Below the pieces are notes generated by a model, which worked only from the letters and a program-made list of their open reading frames with translations, did no database searches and was not told the DNA's origin. From an uncultured archaeon (GTDB lineage: Archaea; Asgardarchaeota; Lokiarchaeia; Sigyniarchaeales; SOKP01), in assembly GCA_964388035.1 (NCBI GenBank), contig CAYLZE010000014.1:1-64000 (forward strand): a DNA stretch of 64,000 nt, written 5' to 3'. Made by a program: the position numbers and the translations under genes. The stretch's first letter is position 1; each line of letters opens with the position of its first letter. Of the stretch, positions 21,234-31,972 are shown piece after piece.

Positions 21234-22961
21234 TTAGAACATTAATTCAATCGCGGAGAATTTATTTTTATAATACTCGTTTTTTTCGCGTGGAATTAGA
21301 GTCTCTTGTAAATTTACAAATTTTAGATTTTGCATTTTCAATAACCAATCGGGAATTGAATTTATGGGATTTCCCCCCAACTTTAGCATAATCAGTGAAG
21401 AAATTCCTGAAATACCATCTGGGAAATGATCTAATTTATTATCAAATAAATTCAATTCAAATAGACATTTAAAGTTACTCAAAATATTCGGTAATTTACT
21501 TAATTTATTTCTTCTTAGATCTAATTGCTCTAATGATTTTATTCCATTGAATCCTTCTGCAATTTGAGTGATTTTATTTTTTTCGATATCTAAACTAAGA
21601 AGAATTTTGAAGTTTTTTGCCTCTTCGGGAAAGAATTTAATCTTATTATTATTCAATTTGAGATATTTAATTTTTTTTAAGGGGACAGTTTCTATTGGAA
21701 ACTTTTTCAGCCAATTCTTTTCCAAATTTAATACTTGTAATTCATACAGTCAAGAAAAGGAAGCGGGAAGGGAGGAGAGCGCCGTGTCTTTAATCTCAAT
21801 TTCCCTCAATAAAGATATATTACCAATGGATTCGGGCAAGCGCTTTAAGGGGCAATTAACGATTTTCAGCTCCCGCAAGTTGGTTATTTCCCCGAGTGAT
21901 TCAGGAAGGTTTTCTAAGTTACAGTTAATAATCTTTAATTCATACAATGTTTTGAGGTTTCCAATGGAATTGGGCAAGGTCTCTAAGCTGCAATTAATGA
22001 TCTCCAATTTATACAGTGTTTTAAGCTTTCCAATGGATTCGGGCAATGTTTTAATGCGGCTGCCGAAGACTTTCAAATTCCAGAGGGTGGGCAAATTTCC
22101 GATTGCCTCCGGTATCGATTCGGTGTGGAGTCCATTAATATTGAGCGTTTTCAGCACGGGAAAAGCGTTCGGGTCGTCAAACAACTTGTTGATGCGATGA
22201 CACCGCAATGAAAACGCTTGAAGGCGCGGAAAGCGCCCCATGTGCGAAAAATCGGTTTGCCCCGTATAATCGTAAAAAGCGAGTTCTTCCAGGTCTTTTA
22301 GTTTAGAGATTTCTTCTTGAACAATGATGGAATCTTCTTTTGATATGGTTTCATTATCATATTCATCCAAATAAACAGTAATTTTTACGATCTTACCGTT
22401 TTCGATAACTTCTTTACCCTTGGGCATGCGGGTTCGAATGATGGTTAAAGGAATTCGGATATCTTCGGGGAGAGGGGAGTAATATTCTTCCGTGGTGAGA
22501 TAATCCAAGAGGCCTTGTTCAACAATCAAATCTCGCACTTTTTCGCTTCCGTAATAATAGCGTTCCAGGATCTCCTCCTTTAGTCTCATTTTAGCTCGCT
22601 GATACCCTCTTTTCACGAGCTCCTCCAAAAGCGTAAATGATAACATGTAATCGAGCAACCGGGTGTTAAAGTCATGCTCTACCCAAGCTTGGAGATTGGA
22701 GCAATTAACAAAAAAGTCCAGTTCGGGATCGATCTCGTAATCCATATTTTCACTCATGGGAGCGCGTTCAATGTAATCAATGATATCATTAATTGATTCC
22801 ATGTTCTTGAGTGCGGGAAGCTCAGCTTGGGGAATTGCAAGAGGAACGGTTCTACAAGTGATAATTTCTTCTTCCCCGATAAAAATACGTGACTTGTCAT
22901 CAAAGAGCTTGACGGTAAAAACGATATTTCCTTGATTATCTTTAATGGGATATTCCTTCAT
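21234..22961 (-). pseudogene. Leucine-rich-repeat protein interrupted by one in-frame TGA
   Basis: LxxLPxSIGNLxxLxxL repeats; reading ...LPASFS*LYELQVLNLEKNWL... stays in frame across TGA 21750-52 (575 aa if read through); N-terminal CSNLQAW.E..F.TRLL domain typical of lokiarchaeal LRR proteins. Confidence 0.8.
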
Positions 22962-23135
22962 GGATTCTTATTGCGTCTTAGAAAATTTATGTTTTTAGTA
23001 TTGTTATAATAGAATTCATCCTATTTATTTATTCTGAGGTTCTGAGTTTAATGAATTATTATCTCTCTTATAGCTTAGTTCTAAATGGCAAATTAATTTT
23101 AATCTAATTCAATAATAAGGAGTGAATAAGATTTT

Positions 23136-23624
23136 TTAGAACACTCCGGTGGCAAAGAGGATATAGATAATCATGAGGCAAGAAATTACCAGATTGGAAA
23201 TCATGGCAAATTTTTCATTTATAGTTTTAGGTTTGTTAAGAAAATGGTGAAATCCGGCAAGCCCTAAAAATAGCCCTCCTGAAAATGCGGATACAATTCG
23301 CCATGGTGGGACGAATAAGGAGATAATCCCAATCAATCCTAAGCAAATATTGGTAAACCCGAGTTCTCTTATAATGCTATAGCTTTGTTTTTCTTTAATG
23401 TCCAAAATAATTTCTGCAGTAAATTTAGGATTAATTACTTGTCTAAGACCTGCAGTAAATAATCGGACTCCTAGCGCCCAAAAAATGAACCATTTTCCAA
23501 TTAACTCCCAAAGATTATAAATGACGGGTAAAACAAGATATTCGATTAAAATAGAAATGCATGGAAGGATAAACATCAACGTGGTGGCTGAAAAAATGTA
23601 AAAATTGAATGATTTTTGGCTCAA
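23136..23624 (-). CDS. Membrane protein (DUF6790-like)
   Basis: KWFIFWALGVRLF.AGLRQ...P.FTA, RELGF.N; 5 TM segments. Confidence 0.7.
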   Translation of the reverse strand: MSQKSFNFYIFSATTLMFILPCISILIEYLVLPVIYNLWELIGKWFIFWALGVRLFTAGLRQVINPKFTAEIILDIKEKQSYSIIRELGFTNICLGLIGIISLFVPPWRIVSAFSGGLFLGLAGFHHFLNKPKTINEKFAMISNLVISCLMIIYILFATGVF

Positions 23625-23722
23625 TTAATTCGCCTTTTCCTTATTATTCTTTTTTTAATGATGAGTTCCATTAATTCCCATGAATTCTATGGATCCTATA
23701 AATGTACTGGTTATTATAAAAC

Positions 23723-24495
23723 CTATAGAATTTTGATAATGTCAAAAAAGTTTAGAATAATGTAAGTAGGAGATTTATATTTTTTTATTTGAAAAAAGCA
23801 TGAAATTTGGTTCATGGAACTATTCAGATGGACCTTAGATTTAAGGTAAAAATAAATTCTTTTTTTAAAAATCTGTTCTACAATCGAACTAGCGGGATAT
23901 TGTTCCTTTTCCCATAGCCATTTAGGGAGGAAATACATATTGGGCAGCACGATTGAAACCAGAGATTCTTCACCTCTATCTTTATTCGATTTTTTCGAGT
24001 CATTTTGGCCATGTATTTCAATTTCTTGTTCCATTGGGTTAATAATCCACACTACTTTCACGCCCTTCTCCAAATATTTTGGTAATTTAATAGCTAAATC
24101 GGTATCTTTAGTGCTTTTAGATAATATTTCAACAACTAAATCTGCTGCTCCTCTAATCGATTTTCCTTAATTTTATTATAATTTGAAGGTAACATTACTA
24201 TTAAACCGGGCTCCGGATTCCATTTTGGAGACAATCGCATTACGACACGTGATCCAAGAACCTTTCCCTTTCCTATATTTTCCAAGCAAAATGAAAATAT
24301 AACGATTAAATGTTTAAAAAATTCTTCGTGTTCTATATTTGGGGGAGAATTAATATATAATCCCCCCTTTATCAGTTCAAAATGAGTATCTTCATTAGAC
24401 ATTTCCCAAAACTTTTCTTCCGTAACATCCGGTTTAAGAACAAGGTACTCCTCCTTTAAAACCAATTTGTAGGGAAAATCTAAGTGTAACTCCAT
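23723..24495 (-). pseudogene. Uma2/DUF820 family endonuclease, frameshifted
   Basis: ELI.G.LYINSP...H and PEP(G)L in one frame; ADLVVEILS.ST...D...K...Y...GV..VWIINP in the other; 1-nt loss near 24150. Confidence 0.85.
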
Positions 24496-24613
24496 GTAAG
24501 ATAGAAAGAAATTTTTAAATACATAAAAATCCATTAACTCACAAAAATCACTAAAATAAAATTTATGGTTAAAAAAAAGGATAGAAGCCCATGAAAATAA
24601 ATACAATTTTCAA

Positions 24614-25858
24614 TTAGGCTTTAATTATTTTGTATACTTTGTCATTTTTCTTAACCGGGGCATCTACTAATAAGCTAACAGCAATGGGATTTCCCTTAGT
24701 GATACGCGGGGTTTCTGTTAGGTTCCCTTTTTGCTTTATTCGTATGGTCTTGATGGTTTGTTTTAAGAAGGTGTCGGTATGGGTGCCAATAAAATAGATC
24801 ACCTCATTAGAGCTCAATTTTCCCTTGGTTAAGAGAATTTTAGCGACTTTCTTATCCGGAAAGTACGATAAGACTTTACCCATTTGTATTTTTTTATAAT
24901 CTGATACGTTTCCTTCTTTAAATTGTTCTATTTCACTTCCTTTGGGAAGATCAAAATAAAATCCCGTGGAAAAGCCCCTGTTATATACTTTTTTCAGCCT
25001 ACCGAGCCATTCGTTCACCTTTTCGGGAGTAAAACTATTCTCATAATAAGCATCGATGGCTTCCTTATAACATTTTGTAGTTTCGTGGATATAGATGGGA
25101 TCTCTCATGCGTCCTTCAATTTTAAACGCATCAATATTTGCTTCGATCAAGAGGGGGATGTATTCGATCATACAGAGGTCCTTCGTGTTGATGAAAAAGG
25201 TTCCATCATATAACAGTTCGTTATTTTGGTCATCTATCACCCTCCATTTTCTTCTACACGGTTGGACGCATTTTCCTCGGTTCGCAGAATAATCTCGGGA
25301 GCTACAAGTTTCAGCGGAGAAATAACATCTTCCGGAAATCGAAGTACATTGCGCTCCGTGGACGAAGGTTTCAATTTCGGCTTTTTTTAATTCTTTTTTC
25401 ACTTTTTTTATTTGTTCTAAAGAGAGTTCCCGTGCCAGGATCAATCTTTTTGCTCCTATTGTTTCATAAAATTTAGCTGCAGAGGTATTGGAAATGCTAG
25501 CTTGCGTGGAAATATGAAATTCTAACCCGTGTTTTTTAACTAAATCAATTACTCCCAAATCATGGACGATGATTGCATCAATTTCCGCCGAGGCTGCTTC
25601 TTCAAGTATTTGATCAAGCAAATCGAACTCATTATCGTATACTATTATATTCGTGGTGAGATAGGCTTTAATTCCATGGTCATGACATGTTTTTGTGATG
25701 AGAGGCAAGTCTTTCAATTTAAAATTATCACTAAACATCCTCATGTTAAGGGATTCAATTCCAAAATATACTGCATTAGCATCATGCAATACTGCAGATA
25801 AAGATTTCAAATTCTTTAACGGCGCCATTAATTCAACTTTTTTAGGAGGCGTTACCAT
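24614..25858 (-). CDS. U32 family protein (TrhP-like Fe-S tRNA hydroxylation family)
   Basis: ELMAP, HISTQ, ILARELSL, ETFVHGAQC.SISGRC, NRGKC.QPCR, FKIEGR. Confidence 0.9.
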   Translation of the reverse strand: MVTPPKKVELMAPLKNLKSLSAVLHDANAVYFGIESLNMRMFSDNFKLKDLPLITKTCHDHGIKAYLTTNIIVYDNEFDLLDQILEEAASAEIDAIIVHDLGVIDLVKKHGLEFHISTQASISNTSAAKFYETIGAKRLILARELSLEQIKKVKKELKKAEIETFVHGAQCTSISGRCYFSAETCSSRDYSANRGKCVQPCRRKWRVIDDQNNELLYDGTFFINTKDLCMIEYIPLLIEANIDAFKIEGRMRDPIYIHETTKCYKEAIDAYYENSFTPEKVNEWLGRLKKVYNRGFSTGFYFDLPKGSEIEQFKEGNVSDYKKIQMGKVLSYFPDKKVAKILLTKGKLSSNEVIYFIGTHTDTFLKQTIKTIRIKQKGNLTETPRITKGNPIAVSLLVDAPVKKNDKVYKIIKA

Positions 25859-25952
25859 GATTGTTGGATAAGACTTAAAAAATATCTATTTCAAGGAAAA
25901 AAAAGAAAGAAGAAAAATAAAAATAATGATTATATTTAGAAATGAGAATGGT

Positions 25953-27665
25953 TCATAACCCAAAGAACCAAAGTGCAAATATGCCCACTCCAATGATAAA
26001 AGCTAAAAACGCCCATATGTATGTCATGTGCTTGGAATAGTTCCTATAGCGTTTTCCATGTTCCGTTTCGATGGTATCCACTTGTAAGAAAGGAGAAGGA
26101 CCTCTACGATACCATCCCGTAATTCTAACCCGTTGTCCTACTAATTTTCTGGCTTTGGTAATTGCCCAGAAAAAATCCACAATGCGCAAGCCGAAGCGAT
26201 AATCGATGTACAATAATCCCGTATTGTCTTGAAAGTAGAGATCTTCGCTAAAATAATATCCGGGAATCCCACGTCCTACAATTGTGCCTTCTAGAATTGC
26301 AGGTTCGCATCGAACTGGAGACACTTTCACGTTTGTTAATAGATCAATGATATTTCTGGGTTCAAAACCTCCTTTATACATGAATTGCGTCTTTATAATG
26401 AATCCAAAAGCAATAAGATAGAATCCGACAGCCCACATTAGCAGTAGATTTGAAATTGTGAAGGCGCTAACGATAATTGCATTAACTTGTAATAAGAAAG
26501 CAAAGAACCAAGCAATAGACACTCCGATGAGTAATATAAAAACGATAAGCGGAAGATATTTTATCATCAAATCTACGACGAACTCATCCAGCATGGATTT
26601 TCCCGCTTGTTCTTCTTTTAATTGTCGCGCTCTTGAAAAATCGATTGCGGGTTGAATTCCATATTTGGCGCATTGTTCATTAAGCCTCATTATACGCTTA
26701 GCAGGAAGAGGATGCGTGCTAAATGTCTGATAGAATTTTGCCCATGGATTAAATAAATCCCAAGCAGCCGTTGCTTCGATAGCATCTTTTGAAAACGTAC
26801 CCGATCGTCCAACGCTTGAAATTGCTACTGCTTTCGCTACCTTTGCATCGAAAATACCGAGGCTCCCAAGAGCCCGAACGGGTGATTTTCTTCTTTGTTC
26901 CACGTTGGCATCCACTAGTAATCCATATGCTATTTTTACCAATCCCGTAGATAAAGGATTGGGATTTTCCAAGACTTCGGCGGAATGTTCATCAGCATAA
27001 TATTCTCTTGTTCTAGATACAATGAGAGAGATTAAATAACCAATATAGTATGCAATATAAGATAATACGGCAATGATTATCAGAGCAATTCCTATATAAG
27101 CACTATTATCTCGACTCCTTCCACCGGTTCTGGAGAAAAAACTGGCAAAATATGCCCATCTGGCAATAGTCAACAGAACCATGGGGATAGCAAAAACAAT
27201 CGTCATCAAAATAAAGTCCGAGTGAACCACGTGTCCTAATTCGTGGGCTAAAACGGCTTCTTGCTCTTCTTCGTTTAGATAATGGAAGATTCCATCTGTT
27301 AAGATAACTCGCGCATTATTTTTCGTATGACCAAACGTAAATGCATTAGGATTCAAGTCGTGGATGACTCCTAGTCTCGGCATTTTGATTCCATTAATAG
27401 AGACGACCTTATTAAGAATTCCTTCCATGTGGGGGTATCTAGAAATGTAATCACCATATTCTATCCATTCTATTCGATAAACCCATCCAATGATATATGG
27501 TGAGATAAGATACTGGAGAAAAACAATTCCTACGGTTATCAGTACCATGAGCAATAAACCAAAGATGGTGCCTGGAAGGAACCAAATTCCAATTACAAAT
27601 ACTAATGCATATAATAGTGCAAATAATGCGGTCGTGGCGACGGTAGTAGCAAATTTTAAACCGAT
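25953..27665 (-). CDS. htpX: HtpX-like M48 membrane zinc metalloprotease with C-terminal extension
   Basis: PNAFTFG, AVLAHELGH (HExxH), SRTREYYAD, STHP; frame is open 37 codons upstream of the tracked start to ATC 27665, behind an AGGTGA SD. Confidence 0.88.
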   Translation of the reverse strand: MGLKFATTVATTALFALLYALVFVIGIWFLPGTIFGLLLMVLITVGIVFLQYLISPYIIGWVYRIEWIEYGDYISRYPHMEGILNKVVSINGIKMPRLGVIHDLNPNAFTFGHTKNNARVILTDGIFHYLNEEEQEAVLAHELGHVVHSDFILMTIVFAIPMVLLTIARWAYFASFFSRTGGRSRDNSAYIGIALIIIAVLSYIAYYIGYLISLIVSRTREYYADEHSAEVLENPNPLSTGLVKIAYGLLVDANVEQRRKSPVRALGSLGIFDAKVAKAVAISSVGRSGTFSKDAIEATAAWDLFNPWAKFYQTFSTHPLPAKRIMRLNEQCAKYGIQPAIDFSRARQLKEEQAGKSMLDEFVVDLMIKYLPLIVFILLIGVSIAWFFAFLLQVNAIIVSAFTISNLLLMWAVGFYLIAFGFIIKTQFMYKGGFEPRNIIDLLTNVKVSPVRCEPAILEGTIVGRGIPGYYFSEDLYFQDNTGLLYIDYRFGLRIVDFFWAITKARKLVGQRVRITGWYRRGPSPFLQVDTIETEHGKRYRNYSKHMTYIWAFLAFIIGVGIFALWFFGL

Positions 27666-28172
27666 TTTTATTCACCTTTAATTCTTAATTTAATCTAGAT
27701 TTTTTTTTTATATTTTTTAATAGATATAACGATCAATTAAGTTAAAGCCAACCTTGATAAAATCTTTTAGGATCATTAAATATAAATTAAATTCTGTAAA
27801 AATATTTTAATTATTATTTGACCAGCAAAGGACACATGAACCAAGATATGAAAATATTTTGATTCTATAATCTTGAGAGTAAAAATATGAGTTCTATTAT
27901 GCAAGAACCATTTTAATCAACTAAAGAATTGAAGCAAATTGGTGAACTATGAAATATATGGCTCATCCAGGGAATGATTCTTAGTATTAAGGTTTGACAA
28001 ATAATTGATCTTGAGTGCTAACTATCAAAATATTTATATATTTATCTATCAATAATTATCAAGTAGACATAAGAAGCAGTTTTATATATTATTTAAAAAG
28101 ATGGGGATTTAAACCACCATTATGCTTGTTATGAGAATTGACTAGTAGAATAAGCAATGGTGTAATGAGAAA

Positions 28173-29174
28173 ATGCTCAGAAACTATTTGTTCGTGATAT
28201 TGGCTTTTATTCTCGCATTATCCTACTTGTTTATTGAAACGTTTATCCATGTATATATTTTTAGAATTTCAGGAGATTATGGCACGCATTTATTCCTTGC
28301 TTCATCTCAAGAATGGTGGATGAGATTAATATTAATTAGCGTCTTAATTTCTTTCGGTGTTTTTGTGCAATTAGTTATAAATTCGAGGAGAAAAGCTATA
28401 GATGATCTTCAAGCTGCAAATGTGAAAGTAAAAGAATTGCTAAATCAATCTACTTTATATCGAAATCTCTTAATACATGATATTACCAACATTTTTCAAA
28501 ACATTAAATCTGCGGTGGAATTAATATTTCTACAAAGTGATGAGAAAATATATGAACATGAATTTTCGGAATTATTAGTCTTAATTAATGACCAAATTAA
28601 GAGAGGAATATATTTAGCAAAAAATGTTCACGTTTTGACTCAATTTGAGGAAAGAAAAGAAGAATTCACTAAAATTGATGTTTTAAAAGTATTAAAGGAA
28701 ATAGTTGTCCAATTTAAAGAAAATTACAAATATGAAAATATTGAAATTAGCATTCAAGCTTCAAATAATCAGTATAATATCATGGCAAATGAGTTACTAA
28801 GTAGAGTTTTCGAAAACCTCCTTACCAACGCCATTAAACATAATGAAAATGTTAAGAAGGAAATCACAATAACAATCTCCACTCAAGATATAGAAAATGT
28901 GAAATACGTGAAACTCCAATTTAAAGATAATGGCGTGGGAATCAAAGATGAATATAAGGAGTCAATTTTTGATGGGATTACTCGCAGACTCAATGGTCGC
29001 TCTGGAATGGGAATAGGTCTCTCTCTCGTGAAAAAATTAGTCCATAGTTATGATGGTTACATCAAGGTTCAAGATCGAATCTCGGGAGATTCCTCTCAAG
29101 GAAGTGATTTTATTATCTTAATCCCTGAAGTTATTGAAAGTCATGAATGGATAGGAACATCTTATCAAATTTAA
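28173..29174 (+). CDS. Membrane sensor histidine kinase
   Basis: 2 TM segments, H-box HDITN, N-box ENLLTNAIKH, DNGVGI, GMGIGLSLVK. Confidence 0.92.
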   Translation: MLRNYLFVILAFILALSYLFIETFIHVYIFRISGDYGTHLFLASSQEWWMRLILISVLISFGVFVQLVINSRRKAIDDLQAANVKVKELLNQSTLYRNLLIHDITNIFQNIKSAVELIFLQSDEKIYEHEFSELLVLINDQIKRGIYLAKNVHVLTQFEERKEEFTKIDVLKVLKEIVVQFKENYKYENIEISIQASNNQYNIMANELLSRVFENLLTNAIKHNENVKKEITITISTQDIENVKYVKLQFKDNGVGIKDEYKESIFDGITRRLNGRSGMGIGLSLVKKLVHSYDGYIKVQDRISGDSSQGSDFIILIPEVIESHEWIGTSYQI

Positions 29175-29292
29175 ACTCCTTTTAACAACCTAAATTAGGA
29201 ATAAAAAAAGATGGAGATTTGGTAAGTGTGGCTAACTTATAGGAATAAAATCCAAAGTTTTTGATTTAATCCCTTCCAAACCTATATTATTT

Positions 29293-29763
29293 TTATGCAT
29301 TCAATTTTTCAAGAATTTCAAATAACTCTTCATTGTGTGGAATATCTTTCATGGAATCTCCGTAATAGGCCCATTGAATCACACCATTTTTATCCACGAT
29401 TAACAATCCTGGCATTCTACCCCATTTAAATATTTTAATTTGTTGATGTAGTAACTTGGCGACATGCTTATTTTCATCATAATAAACGGGATATTTCCGT
29501 GCATATTTTTCTTCCATTTTTTTAGCATTACTCTCGTTATCAACTAAAATAGGATAAAGAATCGTGTTCATTTCTTTAAATTTGTCAAGATCTTTTCTTA
29601 AATGTGCGGCATGCCAACGACAATAGGGTCAATTAATGTTTCGAAATAAAATAACAATTACGTTTTGTCCGCGTAGATCTTTGATGTTTGTGGTTTCTCC
29701 ATGAGAATTTGGAAGAATGAATTCAGGTATCGTTTCTCCGACCATGTTAAACTTATCTTTCAT
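29293..29763 (-). CDS. Peroxiredoxin-like (AhpC/TSA, thioredoxin fold) protein, probable selenoprotein (UxxC)
   Basis: MKDKFNMVGETIPEFILPNSHGET...NVIVILFRNIN-TGA-PYCRWH... runs in frame into the tracked 92-aa ORF (PGLLIVDKNGVIQWAYYG); TGA is codon 45 at 29629-31. Confidence 0.85.
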
Positions 29764-29928
29764 TTTGGAATCATAATTGATGAGACATTACAAATTAATA
29801 AATTTTATAATTTCAATTTATAAATCAAAATATCTTGAATTTTTGCCTTCCATTTAAAGAATGTATGATTTGATCATGTAAGCTTAATACGAATGGAATA
29901 TGAGTTTTAAATGTAATATTCAACGAGT

Positions 29929-31833
29929 GTGATACCTCTATTGAAAGAAATAGATCAAACAAATTTAACTAAGTATCAGAAAAAAGAATTAACGGCAGAA
30001 GAAGCCATTGAACGGTTTGTTCATCCGGGTGATAGAATTTTTATTCATTCGGGATGTGCAGAACCTTTAGATTTAACCCAGACATTGATCAATATGGGGG
30101 CGAGGTTACCCGATGTAGATATATTGCATTTTGTTAACTTATCCCATCAAGATTATTATAAAACTGCTGGAGAGGGACATTTTCGTCATAATACCTTTTT
30201 TATAGGAGATAATCTTAGAGAAGCTGTGAAAAAGGGAATGGCGGATTATACTCCCATGTTACTTTCTAACATCCCAAGATTATTTAAGCGGGGATTAATG
30301 CATTTAAAGACAGCGCTCATCCAAATAACGCCCCCTGATAAATATGGTTTCTGCTGCTATGGCACTAATATTGATATTTCAAAACCCATTGCTGAATCAG
30401 CCGAAAATATTGTGGCAGAGATAAATCCTAACATGCCTAGAACTCTAGGTGATTCTTTCATTCATATGGACAAGATTAACGCATACGTGAAAACCAATCA
30501 TAATATTATTGAATTCACTTACGACCCACCTTCGGAAGCAGCTAAAAAAATTGCCAAATTTGTGGCTTCTTTGATCGAAGATGAGTCTACTTTACAAATG
30601 GGAATTGGAACGATTCCAAATGCCTTAACCGAAGAATTATTAGGAAAAAAAAATTTAGGGATTCATAGTGAAGTACTTTCCGATGGAATTGTTGATCTGG
30701 TTGAAAAAGGGGTGGTGACTTGTGAAAAAAAGACGCTGCATCCGGGGAAAATTATTTGTTCTTTTATTATGGGAACCAGAAAGTTGTATGATTTTGTGGA
30801 TAACAATCCCATGCTCGAATTTCATTCAAGTGATTATTGCAATGATCCATCCATTATTAGCAAAAATGCAAAGCAAGTAGCTGTTAATGCTGCACTCACA
30901 GTAGACTTAACTGGTCAAGTGAATGCCGATTCACTAGGCGCTATATTTTATAGCGGGATTGGGGGGCAGGTTGATTTTGTGAGAGGTGCTAATCTTGCAG
31001 AAGATGGGAAACCTATCACGGTATTGCCCTCCACGGCCACTTTATCTAACGGAAAGGTTGTTTCTAGAATTGTTCCATATCTAGATCCTGGTTCTGGTGT
31101 CGTGATTACGAGGGGGGATGTTCATTATGTTGTTACAGAATGGGGTATTGCTAATCTTTTTGGTAAGAGCATCCGAGAAAGAGTGCTTCAAATGATTGGT
31201 ATCGCTCATCCCGACTTCAGAGAAGAATTATTAGAGTATGCAAAGAAGTGGAATTATGTCTATTCGGATCAGAAACTACCTAAATCGATTGATGGACGAA
31301 TCAGCATTTATCCTTCAAAATATGAATTTAAGATTACTCTAAAAAACGGAAAAACCGTAGAAATTCGACCTGTTAAACCCACCGATGAGAGAATGCTACA
31401 AGAATTACATTATTCCTTAGATAAAGAGGATAGATATTATCGCTTTTTTAGACCCGTTTTAAAATTCTCCCATGAAGTTATTCAACCCATTTGTAATATC
31501 GATTATTCTACAGACATGATACTGGTTGGGATTTTTTCTAAGGAAAATGAGAAAAAAATTATTGCAATGGGAGGATTTTTTAAAACAGAAAAACCTGCAA
31601 TAGCGGAATTAGCTTTTATCGTACATAAGCAATGGCGAGGAAATGGAATTTCTAAGATTTTTATTTCAGAATTAGTAAAGATAGCACGAGAGTTAAACTA
31701 TAAATCTTTTTCTGGTAACATACTTTTAGAGAATAGAGGAATGAATCACATCATCAATACATTGGGATATCCGATGACTTATAGAAAAATGGAAGCAGGA
31801 GTTCTTGAATTTATCATGGATATCTCAAAATAA
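29929..31833 (+). CDS. Acetyl-CoA hydrolase/CoA-transferase fused to C-terminal GNAT acetyltransferase
   Basis: TLQMGIG.IP, LGIHSE, SGIGGQVDFVRG, VVTEWGIA; GNAT part IRPVKPTD, YYRFF, ELAF.V...WRG.G. Confidence 0.92.
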   Translation: MIPLLKEIDQTNLTKYQKKELTAEEAIERFVHPGDRIFIHSGCAEPLDLTQTLINMGARLPDVDILHFVNLSHQDYYKTAGEGHFRHNTFFIGDNLREAVKKGMADYTPMLLSNIPRLFKRGLMHLKTALIQITPPDKYGFCCYGTNIDISKPIAESAENIVAEINPNMPRTLGDSFIHMDKINAYVKTNHNIIEFTYDPPSEAAKKIAKFVASLIEDESTLQMGIGTIPNALTEELLGKKNLGIHSEVLSDGIVDLVEKGVVTCEKKTLHPGKIICSFIMGTRKLYDFVDNNPMLEFHSSDYCNDPSIISKNAKQVAVNAALTVDLTGQVNADSLGAIFYSGIGGQVDFVRGANLAEDGKPITVLPSTATLSNGKVVSRIVPYLDPGSGVVITRGDVHYVVTEWGIANLFGKSIRERVLQMIGIAHPDFREELLEYAKKWNYVYSDQKLPKSIDGRISIYPSKYEFKITLKNGKTVEIRPVKPTDERMLQELHYSLDKEDRYYRFFRPVLKFSHEVIQPICNIDYSTDMILVGIFSKENEKKIIAMGGFFKTEKPAIAELAFIVHKQWRGNGISKIFISELVKIARELNYKSFSGNILLENRGMNHIINTLGYPMTYRKMEAGVLEFIMDISK

Positions 31834-31972
31834 TTTCATGAAAGAATTTAATCTGTTATTTCTAAAAAATTACTGCAAACTTATATTTTTTAACCAAAAG
31901 CTTTTGATGCATTAATATTTGATTTAATATCAAGCAAGACGTATTATAATATGTAATTATAAAAAGTAAGGA

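Noticed and set aside
20530-21752. Idea that two adjacent in-frame TGAs indicate a reassigned genetic code (TGA=Gly/Trp)
   Set aside because: The 20.2-kb frame also contains in-frame TAG and TAA, and TGA terminates normal genes such as adk; decay is the simpler explanation.
21568-22200. 210-aa plus-strand ORF, and the many similar short antisense ORFs in the track
   Set aside because: Shadows of motif-bearing genes on the opposite strand.
27451-27675. 74-aa Cys/His-rich ORF, or a frameshifted htpX N-terminus
   Set aside because: Overlaps the open TM-encoding htpX frame, and its GTG lies inside the SD sequence.
28013-28021. GAGTGCTAA, the right half of a CIRCE element
   Set aside because: No left half (TTAGCACTC) at the required spacing.
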